A stretch of 64,000 bases of DNA, taken from contig MQRK01230191.1 of NCBI GenBank assembly GCA_001938485.1, positions 23,341 to 87,340 of the forward strand, written 5' to 3'. The translations under genes and the position numbers were made by a program. The notes under the pieces were generated by a model. The model had not been told where the DNA came from, did no database searches, and was given only the letters and a program-made list of their open reading frames with translations. Positions 53,459 to 64,000 of the stretch are shown piece by piece. The number at the start of each line of letters is the position of its first letter. The first letter of the stretch is position 1. Origin of the DNA: Girardia tigrina (taxonomy: Eukaryota).

Positions 53459-54200
53459 ATGATTGATAATAAGGACTTAAACGAATTGTCCATCAGTAAG
53501 AGCGAAATGTTTTCGCCGGGGCAATTCTAATCGGAAAGCGTTATCGAAGAGAATTTTATCGATTGCGGTATAAAAGACGTCGCGAATGTTCGATTGAGAC
53601 CGAACATTTCGACATTGAACTTACACTGTAATTCAATCATTGTTATTAGAGAATTGGATAATCTGAGTAACTTGAAGCATCTGGATTTGTCGTCGAATGC
53701 AATCACGAAAATTAGCGGTCTCGATTCACTGATTCATTTGAGAATGTTAAACCTAGCGGTGAATCGAATGATAAAATTGAAAGGATTGTCTCAATTGCGA
53801 CAATTGGTTAAATTAAATGCATTGTATAATGAGATTAGTGATCTAATGGGACTTAATGAACTCGCCAATACTCGCGGACAATCTTTGGCGTCCCTTGAGT
53901 TACACGCAAACAGAATCAGATTAACCAGTGATATCATAATAGTTTGTCAGAGACTCGGCAATCTTAAGATATTGATTCTGTGCGATGCGTATTCCAAAAA
54001 TCCAGTCTGTGGGACACCAGATTACCGACAAAAAGTGTTTTCAAGTCTCCCTCATCTGCGAATCCTCGACGACAGAGACAAGAGTGGTAAGTCGGTTGAC
54101 GTGAAAATCCTATCTGATAATCCCGGACTGGAACAGTTCATGGATTATCTCTCCAGCTCAACTGATCAATGTTCAGAGTTTAATTCCACCGTTAAAAACC
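53459..54200 (+). pseudogene. LRRCC1: Intronless N-terminal LRR region of LRRCC1/VFL1, in frame with Ub-Gag
   Basis: FIDCGIKDV..LNLHCNSI..LKHLDLSSNAITKISGL..LELHANRI..NPVCGTPDYRQKVFSSLPHLRILD..LEQFMDYLSSS follows the LRRCC1 N-terminus; in-frame ATG 53459, one TAA at 53528. Confidence 0.8.
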
Positions 54201-54343
54201 ATTTCAATGAACAAAAACTGATAGGATGGATTGGGAAAGACATGAAGCCTAAAATCATGAAAGTGAAAATAACAACAGTCAGAGAAAATGAAATAAAATA
54301 CGACCTCTTTGAAGATGAAATTAATTCTGCTGGGAAAAATCTC

Positions 54344-54568
54344 ATGCCCGTCTTCATTCGATTGATGGATGGACGGATTATAAGCATTGATGGGGCTGTC
54401 AACACGATAGCAGATATTAAGGAAAAAATATGCGAAAAAGAGAGAGTACCCATTCATTTTCAACAATTGATATTCCAGGGGAAGTTTCTGGAGAATAACC
54501 AGTCAATAGTTGATTGCGGTCTCTCCAAATACGCTACAATTGAATGTGTGGGGAAATTGCTGGGTGGA
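54344..54568 (+). CDS. Ubiquitin-like domain (75 aa, ends LLGG) fused to Gag
   Basis: MPVFIRLMDGRII..TIADIKEKI.EKE.VP..QQLIFQGKFLE..TIECVGKLLGG|M. Confidence 0.9.
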
Positions 54569-57500
54569 ATGGATCTACCAGAAGAGGAACCACAGATCAC
54601 TCTGGAACAATCAGGGCAACTCAGTNCAATGAANTTNCGGAAGTTGGTCCGACAAAAAGGAGAAGACAAACGGCAACTAACCTTGGCCTATAAACGGCTA
54701 TTGGATTCTGACATCTCTAATGTACAATGGTGGGGTTTACACCAGGAATATCAAGATAAATACGAAGATTTATTGGCAAGTTTCAAGGTACTAATGGAGC
54801 ATTACGATCATGTCGGGGATCTGGAGAATGCGAACAAATTGCAGGAAGAGATGGAGAAACTGGACCAGAAAGAGGAGGCGGTGACGGTTTTATATGAAAA
54901 ACGAATGCAAGTGAAAGAAAAATTAACCTCAGGACGGGAATCAAAAAAGATACATTCTCTGCAGAAGTCAGAGAAAGTAGATTCGGAGGATGCATCATCC
55001 AATATCTCAGGAGATTCTGTCAGCTCTTCGAGAAAAAGGAGGAGCTTGGCCAGGATGGAGCGCATCCAATTACCCGTATTTGGAGGAGCCAACAATGAGT
55101 ATGAAGCTTGGAAAGCGGCCTTCAAATTATGCGTGGATGAAACCTCCGCATCGGATCACGAGAAGTTGTTGTACCTGAGGAAATAAACAAGCCGAAAACG
55201 TCAGTAATAATAGACAAGAGTCAATGAACGAAGGATAATGGACATGTTTCCGATATCAAAATAGCCATTGTAATCATAAGGACTGCCGCTATCAGCAAGG
55301 GAAAGAACCAACCGAGCGATCGGAGTGTTGGTTTTTTAAGAAAGGAAATTGTCGAAGAGGAGATAAGTGTTCCTTCATCCACATTCAACCGACAGATAAA
55401 GGCGAAAAGCCAGTTAATATTGATGGGAACTATTCGGGAAGATCGTTTTCTGGAATGACGCAATCGAGACAGTTGGTGATTAAGCAGATCAGTATCTGCA
55501 ATATAAAGACAAACGGGTGTTAGCAAACGCCTTACTGGATGCCGGCAGCTCTACTAGCTATGTGAGTGAAAATATAATGAGTTTCTTAAAAATTCAAGGA
55601 AGACTAAGACAGCTTACTGTGGATACCGTCGGAGGCCGGGAATCAAAGTTACAAGGAAAACTGGTGGAGGTAGCATTAGAGAGCACGGACGGCAAAGTGA
55701 GGATTAGTTTCGAGGCTCTGGCGGTAAAGAATGTAGTCGGCAATTTGAAGGTGGTCGATTGGCAGTATGAAGCCAAACATTGGGAGCATTTGCGAGCTGT
55801 CAAGTTTCTGTCGTTCCAACACGGGAGGAAGGTGGATGTATTGATTGGAGCTGATTACCCGGCATTACACGAGGTGATCAAGGAAATAAAAGGAGAAGTA
55901 GGAGAACCAATGGCCACTTTAACACCTCTCGGGTGGACGTGTATAGGTGCAGTTGCAAAGACATCGATGAGCAATGATTGTAGGTACTTCGTTCGCAGCT
56001 ATTTTGCGAATAGAAAATATCTAGATACCCAGTTGGAAAAGTTTTGGGCGATGGACGAGCTTCCTGAAGCAAGTCAACCAACAATGTCACCAGACGAACA
56101 GAAAGTATTCAATTATGCGAACGTCAACATCCGGTACATAGATGGGCGGTACGAGATACCAACGCCCTGGCGAGAGGAACGCGATAACATACCGTCCACT
56201 CAAGGGTTGGCTGAAAGTCGCTTATCATCTTTGATGAAAAAACTAGCGAAGGACGAAGATCTAAAAGTCAAATATTCCAAGATAATAGCGGATCATCAAG
56301 CCAAAGAATACATATCAGAGGTGGAAAAGAATGGGAGCGGGAGCAGCGAATGGTTGTTACCACACTTCCCGGTTGTACGTGATGACAAAGAAACCACCAA
56401 AGTGAGGATTGTCTTCGATGCAGCAGCAAAAGTATCGGGCCGGTGTCTTAATGACTATATTCATACCGGGCCGAAATTACAAGCTAATATTTTCGCGGTG
56501 CTCTTACGTTTTCGGAAGCACCAGGTGGCAGTCATCTGTGATGTAAAAGAGATGTACCTTCAGATTGCGATACCAGAAGTAGATAGACCATTTCATCATT
56601 TTTTATGGCAAGTGGATGACGAGTTGAAGAAATTTCAGTTTAATCGTGTGGTTTTTGGAGTCAATGCGTCATCGTTTATGGCTCAATTTGTAAGCAAAAA
56701 CAACGCACAACAGTTTGCAAAGGAATTAGATAGAGCGAAAGAGACAATCTTGAAATCTACATATATGGACGATTGTATGGACTCCGTTTCAACAGTGGAA
56801 GAGGCCATTGAGCTAGTACGAGGATTAACTGAGATTGGGGAACATGCTGGAATGGAGGATCACAAATGGCTTACTAACAAACCAGCTGTGATGGAGGTGA
56901 TTTCAGTGGAGAAACGAGCGAAAGAGTTTCTATTAGAAGAAGAGTCGGAAGTTGCAGTCAAAACACTTCGGTTGAAGTGGTTAGCGTCGTCTGACTGTTT
57001 CACATTCGACGCATTGTCTAAGTTGCCTACGAAGATCACCAAACGTACATTCCTCAGTACACTAGCGAGAATATTTGACCCACTTGGATTTTTGGCTGCT
57101 TTTGTAATTCGAGCAAAGGCAATTACACAGAACATGTGGTTAGCCGGCGTAGGCTGGGACGATATACTCGCACCGGAGATCAATAAGGCGGCTCAAGACT
57201 GGATTTCAGAAATTCCTTATTTAAAGGATGTCAAGATTGACAGGTGTCTGATGAAGAGTGTGAGCAAAGAGATCGAGGTGCATTGCTTCGCGGATGTGTC
57301 TCAAATGGCATACGACACAGTTGCCTATTTGCGACAATTAAAAAATGGGTTATATGAAACAACAATAATAGCAGCGAAGAGTCGTGTTGCACCGTCCAAA
57401 GCGGTGAGTATACCGCGGTTGGAGTTGATGGCTGCTTGTTTAGCAGCACAATTGGCGGAAAAAATAACAAAGGCGCTGGAATTACCAATGAAGCAAGTGA

Positions 57501-58836
57501 CATTATGGTCCGACAGTTTTGACGTATTATTCTGGGTGCGAGAACAGTCAAGACGCCATAAGACGTTTGAAGCTAACCGAATTGGGACCATTCAAACGCT
57601 GAATCAGGCGGAACAGTGGCAGTACGTTCCGACGGAGGAAAATCCATCTGATCTGCTATCACAGGGAGTATCAGCGAAGGAGTTAACGGAACGTGAATTA
57701 TGGTGGCATGGGCCTACATTCTTAAAAACGACCGAAAATTGGACTGTTCAAAATGTGGAATGTCATTTTGCTCATAAGGAAAGACGAAAGAACGTCACAT
57801 TCTTCAATCAGGTAGAGTTGCGACAAGACAGGGTGTACAATAGATCAATGTGAAATCCAGAGACGTTTTCAAAATGGATGGATTTCGTACGTATACGGGC
57901 TTGGTGAGACGGTTTTTACATTGTTGCCGAAACAGAGTACGTTCGAATTCCAAAGAGCTAACGGCGGCCGAATTGGAGAAAGCAGGATCAGATATAGTCA
58001 AGGACGATCAAATGAAGTATTTGGGTACCAGCGAGAAGAACATTGACTGGACACGAAAAGTGAAATCAGATCATCCGTGGGGAAAGATGACGCCTCGGAA
58101 AGATGATTTTGGAATAATTAGAAGTGATTCTCGATTAGAGCTGCAAGGCAATTTCGAGTGGGAATTTCGACATCCAATCTTACTAGTTCCAGGATCGTGG
58201 GTCACACATCTTATAATTGGTCACTACCACTGTCAGAGAAAGCATTGTGCAAGAGTGAATCAACTATTTGGTGAGATTAGTCAGAAGTATTGGATTCCTA
58301 AATTCAGACGCGCGATCCGTAACTATGAGAGCAAGTGTATGGTTTGTCAAAGAAGGACAAGAAAACCTTTTGAAATCGTGATGGCACCGCTTCCAAAATT
58401 TCGATTGGAAGAGGGCGCTCGAGCTTTCCTACGAATAGGAATCGATTTCGCGGGACCCTTCGTTACATCAAATAGAATAGATAAGTCTTTAAATATCTAA
58501 CAGATTTGTATCGTGTACATAAATAAATACATTTTTGAAAATATAAACCTTCGTGTTTTGATTTCCTGTTGAACTATTTTATAAATCACCAATATCCCAA
58601 CAATACACACAGTGAAATAAAATAAGACTGGATTTTTAATACCGGAGCTGGGTACGTCCCTTACTTTCAGTATAGCGTCTCATGCTGAGTTAAGATAAAT
58701 TTTTTTTAAATAAATGTCTCATAAATTAATATATTAAAATTTATAATTCAATATTTATTAATTATAAAAATGAATGAAAGTTTTTATCACTACTTTTATA
58801 AGTGAAACAGAAGTATTTGTTAAAAATAAAGGTTTT

Positions 58837-58890
<54 letters not shown>

Positions 58891-59009
58891 ATATAAATAT
58901 AGAAATAATTATTATTTGAAAAAAGGTGTTTAAATGAATGAATAACATTATAATTAAATAGCAAATAAAGATACAAAATATATACAATATTTCACAAAAA
59001 ATATGCTTA

Positions 59010-59645
59010 CTATCGCCTGGCGTTCTTCATTATTCAGCTTCACTGGTCTCGTCCCACCTTTTCGTTTTGATTTTACCTCACCAGAACGTACTCATGAATA
59101 CGCTGTATTGAACCGCACGCCCAAGGGATTTTGCCAGTGGTATCCAATCATCCCATCTGTTTGAGGCCTCCACAATGAGTCGACGGTCCTTATCGGAGTA
59201 TCTTGTATACGTTTGCCTCTTAATTACTTCCCTTTCTGTAAGCAGTGAGCGACAGTTTGGGCAAGTTGCTTCCCTATTGGTGAATAAGACCTCACAGTAC
59301 TTCTCATGTAAGAGATGACAGCATGGGTCACATCTCACAACCGATTTCCGTAGCATATGCTGCATTTGTCTTGTAGATTCATTTCTAAAACTGAAGATTA
59401 AAATAAAACTAAAATAATATCAAAAAGTACCTCAGAAATTTAAAATGTAAAAATTAAATTAAAGTTAAAACAATTATGAAATATTTTTGTTATTCTTTGA
59501 AATACAATTTTTATTTTTTGAAATATAATTGATAATTTTTAAAATACAATTTTTATTTTTTGAAATACAATTGTTAATTTTTGAAATACAATTTTTATTT
59601 TTTGAAATTCAATAGTTATTCTTTGAAATACAAGTTGAAATGGTG
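59010..59645 (-). mobile_element. IS630/Tc1-like transposon 5' end with RING-H2 plus HTH, decayed
   Basis: TA|CACCATTTCAAC terminus, 21-bp array, ATG at 59382: CSIC / PCCHLLHEKYC..CPNCR..YSDKDRRLIVEA..LAKSLG / VRFNTAYS*VRSG..KGGTRPVKL. Confidence 0.7.
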
Positions 59646-59719
59646 TAGAATGTAAAAATGGTGTTGTAATATTTTATTTTATAAAGATAGTGTTATTTTT
59701 GTTAAAATATAAATATACC

Positions 59720-60179
59720 TGTGAGGAATATTTTTGAGTGGTGTTTATTGTGTGTTGTTTGGTATGTTGTTTTAGGATTGTGTTTCTCCCACCCAGATGG
59801 AAGATTGATATTTTGAATATTTTAAAACGTCGGGTTTTTTAATCAAGTATTACTATTTAAATAATCACTTTAAAATTAAACTAATATTTCATAAATAATA
59901 TTTTAATAATATTTTCTTAAAATAAATAAAAATTATATCAAATTTAAAGTATAAATTATTTTTGTAATAATGAAATTATAATTTAAAGTATAAATTATTT
60001 TTGTAATAATTAAATTGTAATTTAAATTTGTTTGAATAATAAGACGTTAAAGAATATTATTAAAGATTATCAATCAAGAACGATGACGAGCTACGCAAGT
60101 TTTACGGAGAATTGTTCTAGTGGCAATTCAAATTGTGATATAAATAAATGTAAAGAAAACCCACTTAATGTTCTTAATA
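59720..60179 (+). mobile_element. Complete 460-bp solo LTR, diverged member of the TG...TA family
   Basis: TGTGAGGAATATTTT...TGTTCTTAATA; shared TTTCTCCCACCCAGATGGAA; TSD ATACC at 59715-19 and 60180-84. Confidence 0.9.
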
Positions 60180-60788
60180 ATACCAAAGTTTTTTTTTAAT
60201 CACAGAGTATTTACCAATTAGTAATTTATTCGCTTTTCTTTGGTTTGCATAAATTTAGTAAATTTTATTTTCATTAGAGATACGATTTTTGCAAGTTAAA
60301 TTAAAATAAATTTCTATTAATTTGTAGACATCTTTCCGTTGTAAAAAGTAATGGATATAAATTAATCGAAAATTTTAACCTTCTCTTTTCATATTATTTT
60401 ACTAAAATTTTCAAAAAAAATATTTTAAGTAAACTCAAATAAAAAATTATTTTTCTAACGGTAAAAAATATCACAGTAAAACTAAATTTGATATGTTTAA
60501 ATGAAAAAAAAATAAAACTAAAAAATAATACAGTTATTGATTTTATTTCTCATGATAATTGACTTTTTCTTTTTCCACATAAAAAAATTAAACAAAAATA
60601 TGTTTCAACGTTAAAAATAATAAATGAAAAATAAATGATTGACTTAATTATTTAGCGGAATCTGTAATAATAATTTTAAAAATTTAAAATTCGAACTTTT
60701 ATCAACTGAAATATTTGTTTAAATATTCCAACCAAACTAATAATATTTAAAAAACAAGATTTATTTTATTTTTTACTTTTTCTATCAC

Positions 60789-61493
60789 ATGAAAACCTCG
60801 CAATCATTAACGATTCCTCCAACAGAATTTCATGCGATAAATTATCCTCTAATTATCGAAAATGAAGAATTGGCTTTTAAAACATTAGGAGGTTTGAATA
60901 CAGTTTCAGAAATTTTAAAACTCAACTCGTTTGGAGAAGCCAAAAAACGCATCCCTTTGTATTTACGACCCGATAACGTTTATTCTAAGCCTCTGTATGG
61001 TGAGTGTCACGAAACCAAAGGAATATTAATGAGAATGAAACAACTGAAAAACAAAAAAAACGGTGAAATCAAATTCGTCTCTGAAGCTTTGGGATTTGTG
61101 AAAAATATATACGAGTACAGTGACCTCTGTGACTATCAATATAATCCCCACCCACCTATAAAGAATTCCCTAAGCCAAACAGACGGTGACGCTTTCTATG
61201 ATAAACTGGTTCCTAAATCACAAATTTTCTCGATCAAACAATTCGACGATTACATTAACTCCAACAACGAAATTTTTCTCCCTCCGATTTCTTTCACGAA
61301 ACCTGAGCATCCGGCAGAGCCGCGAATCTTTTCCACTTCAAAAGGTTTTTGTTTGATAAGAAAAAGAAAACTTTTAATTAAATTATTACATTGTTTTCGG
61401 TGATTAAATCAGAATCAACGTCAAATTTATTGAAGAAAAAAAGTAATTTGAGAACAGAATTACCGAATAAAGAGTTCGAAGCAGTTGAAGAAG
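60789..61493 (+). CDS. GTF3C5: TFIIIC subunit 5 (Tau95/Tfc1), first exons; rest not seen in window
   Basis: INYP..KTLGG..LYLRPDNVYSKPL..ALGFVKNIYEYSDLCDYQY; exons 60789-61344 and ~61413-61493 (GTGAGT donor). Confidence 0.88.
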
Positions 61494-61629
61494 TGAGTAT
61501 AATTTTGTATTTTATTTGTTAGTTGATAATTAAGTCGATTTTGAAGAACGAAAGAAGGCTGAAGTCTACTTTGCACCGATACTGGTTTTATGATTACATA
61601 ATTTTTAAAATATGGAAACAAAAAATTAA

Positions 61630-62256
61630 ATAATTAAGAACGCCATTAAAATCAAATTTATTGCAATATATTTCGGTGTATTTTCCACTATCTTCAGGCT
61701 GAATTAACAACAATTTCGCTGTCTTATATATAGCAAATTGATGATTATGTAAACATCTTGCGTAATAACTAATTAAATTTTTTCAACAAATTGGAAGAGA
61801 GACTTGTTTGTACATTAATGGACGGATTAAGTGATTTAATCAATAATGCCTCACAAGTAACTCTTTCCCAAAAATTTTTAAAATTACTGCACAATATTTT
61901 AAAATTAGTTGTTTTCACCTCCGACTTACAACCCTTAATACATATATGAAGGGTTGTAAGTCGGAGGTGAAAACAACTAATTTTAAAAGATTGTGCAGTA
62001 ATTTTAAAAATTATTGGGAAAGAGTTACTTGTGAGGCATTATTGATTAAATCACTTAATCCGTCCATTAATGTCCAAACAAGTCTCTCTTCCAATTTGTT
62101 GAAAAAAATTAATTAGTTATTACACAAGATGTTTACATAATCATCAACTTGCTATATATAAGACCGCGAAATTGTTGTTAATTCAGCCTGAAGATGGTGG
62201 AAAATCCACCGAAATATATTGCAATAAAATTTGATTTTAATGGCGTTCTTAATTAT
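61630..62256. mobile_element. Palindromic pair of Penelope 3' ends/pLTRs
   Basis: ~310-bp near-perfect arms centred ~61943; right arm encodes FKNYWERVTCEALLIKSLNPSINVQ. Confidence 0.9.
62186..62222 (+). ncRNA. Minimal type-I hammerhead ribozyme motif (mirror copy 61663-61699, minus)
   Basis: GC-CTGAAGA-T-GGTGGA-AAA-TCCACC-GAAA-TATA-TT-GC, followed by AATAAA. Confidence 0.7.
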
Positions 62257-63354
62257 AAAATTTTGCCATTATTTTTGAAATTTCTTATTAAAAAATTAAA
62301 TAGATAATTTTTCTTAAATAGTGAAAATAAGAGATATAAAGTTTATTTTAGATAATATTTAAATGAGAGATAAACATTACTATTACTATATTTACTATTT
62401 TTAATATCATTACAACAATATATAAAAAATTTCGTGTACAGTGTTTTTCGATCTTTTACTTCGTTATTGCAATCAATTACGATATGATTATAATTAAAAA
62501 AATTTTAACTTTAAAAATTCAGAAAAAATCGATGCAAAACTATTCATTAACAGTCGATATTTTGTCGATTTTTGTAAGTCTGCACATTTATTCTTTTTGT
62601 TGGACAGATAGTTTTCCGCTACGATATCCTCCCTTTGTGAAACTTCTTCATGTCCGATAGAAAAGAACTTAGCAAGACTAGTTTGTACGATTGTTCTTGG
62701 CAGTGCAAGAATCCTAGCTATTTTTGTATTTCTAGCAGGAGTCTAAAATTTTCCGACTTCTCTTTTGATCAATTTTTACAGTCGGCTATTTTTTCGGTTA
62801 TTTTTAATTAAATAGAAACATATAAAAACTTTATATTTAATTTTCGAGGTACAAAAAAATACATTTGTATAGCAAATAAAAAAATTTATTTATTTATCGT
62901 AATGCCTATTATGTTTTTATATGCCCTAAAATAACCAAACTAAATGTTATCCAATCATCCAAATATTTATTTATTCTTAAAAACAATTTTTATGAAAGCA
63001 AATCATTACAAATTGGTCCTTAAAAACAAAATTGCCTATGACAAATCCTGCTTAATAGAAGCCCGTAAATCTGATTTTATAATTTTTATAGCACTAATTT
63101 TTAATTATTATTATAATATATTTATTATTACTGTATTATATTTTTTAAATACAATGGTTAATTTTTGAAAAACGATTGTTAATTTTTTTTTAATTCAATT
63201 TTTCTTTGTTAAATCTTGAAATAAAATTTTTCTTTTTGAAATACAATTTAATAAATAGAACGTAATAATTAATGATAAGACAAAATTATAATTAATAACA
63301 CTAAATTAAAAATAATTTTCAAAAAGTTTGCGGTTCAGAAATTAAAAAAAATGG

Positions 63355-63474
63355 TCGGAGTCGCAGTCGTTTTCGAGTTTCATGACTCCGACTTATACTT
63401 CGACCCCGACTCTAACTTCCTAAAAAATCCTTCAACTCCGTCTCCTTGACTCCGACTCCAATTCCGCAGCCCTG
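63355..63474. mobile_element. hAT-type MITE end
   Basis: GACTCC repeats ending CCGCAGCCCTG (CAGGGCTGCGG terminus). Confidence 0.55.
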
Positions 63475-63635
63475 ATTTCTAGTGCCTCTGTTACGAGATG
63501 GATTACTCTTTTTCGCAATTCAGCTGCACCTGGTGTTGCTGCACCAAACACCGTGTCAGTTTTCTCAGTTCTAGTTGATCATTTCGTTCTTCATTGTTAA
63601 TCATTTTGATTTAAATGTAACATCGGTTTAAAATA

Positions 63636-64000
63636 CAGTATCCCTCGTTAAGCCGCCACAATTGGTTCCAGAAAAAAATCGCGGTTTAACGAAACCTCTT
63701 TAAACCACTATAATTTGGCGGCTTATCGAGATTTCAATGAATTATCTACTACCATTTATTGGTTCCATGACAATTCGAGACAAGACAATTCGACACAGAC
63801 AATTCGACACAATACAATGCGAAACAAGACAATTCGACACAAATTTTTTAATTCGACACATTTTTTTAATGGGACAAATATTTTATTTCGACATTTTTAA
63901 ATTTCGATTAGTTTTTTTTTAATTCAACACTTTTTTTTAATTCGACCAATAACTAAAATGAAATATTTTCATTATTACTATACATTTTTTGAAACTCGAC
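63636..64000 (+). mobile_element. Tigger-like terminus followed by a MULE-like terminal array (GACAATTCGACAC)n
   Basis: TA|CAGTATCCCTCG at 63636; GGTTCCATGACAATTCG at 63761 with repeated AATTCGACAC. Confidence 0.5.

Larger units (their letters stand above)
53333..58470 (+). mobile_element. BEL/Pao retrotransposon B: PBS-LRRCC1 cargo-Ub-Gag-2xCCCH-PR-RT-RH-IN (gag internally deleted, integrase truncated)
   Basis: LPVFGG..AWKAAFKLCVD; ALLDAGSSTSYV; LPHFPVVR..KVRIVFDAAA; YMDD; IFDPLG; AKSRVAP..IPRLELMAA; NPSDLLS; GIDFAGP. Confidence 0.95.

Noticed and set aside
53594-55186. Calling the 530-aa ORF the genuine host LRRCC1 gene
   Set aside because: It lacks the long LRRCC1 coiled-coil C-terminus and introns, follows a PBS, has an upstream in-frame stop and runs into Ub-Gag
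56860-57591. Antisense ORFs over pol and other genes
   Set aside because: Shadow frames of real coding sequence
59480-59645. CRISPR-like array (also 4556-4722 and 63761-63950)
   Set aside because: Degenerate contiguous tandem units without unique spacers, in a eukaryotic transposon-end context

Overview
Very AT-rich, transposon-dense metazoan genomic window with assembly gaps and many 45-60 bp introns. This fits a triclad flatworm, but the organism cannot be proven from the sequence. Three host genes are visible: CEP350-like (minus, ~23.7 kb towards the left edge), RMDN2/3-like (minus, 29.9-41.4 kb) and the 5' part of GTF3C5 (plus, from 60.8 kb). There is also a split, decayed DDX47-like helicase copy. 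The rest is mostly decayed mobile DNA: RTE LINEs, Penelope elements with hammerhead-ribozyme motifs, mariner/Tc1, hAT, MULE, MITEs, Gypsy remnants and three solo LTRs with TG...TA ends. Headline: two divergent BEL/Pao LTR retrotransposons share the layout [intronless host-gene fragment]-[ubiquitin-like domain ending GG|M]-[Gag DUF1759]-[two CCCH zinc fingers]-[protease]. The cargo is protocadherin-like in one copy; in the other it is LRRCC1/VFL1-like and lies downstream of a tRNA-iMet primer-binding site. The inference is a ubiquitin linker, cleavable by host deubiquitinases, that lets the element carry N-terminal host cargo. Other notable items are a RING-H2 finger fused to a Tc1-type HTH and a ~627-bp Penelope palindrome with a hammerhead motif in each arm. 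All homology calls are by-eye motif recognition; no searches were run.
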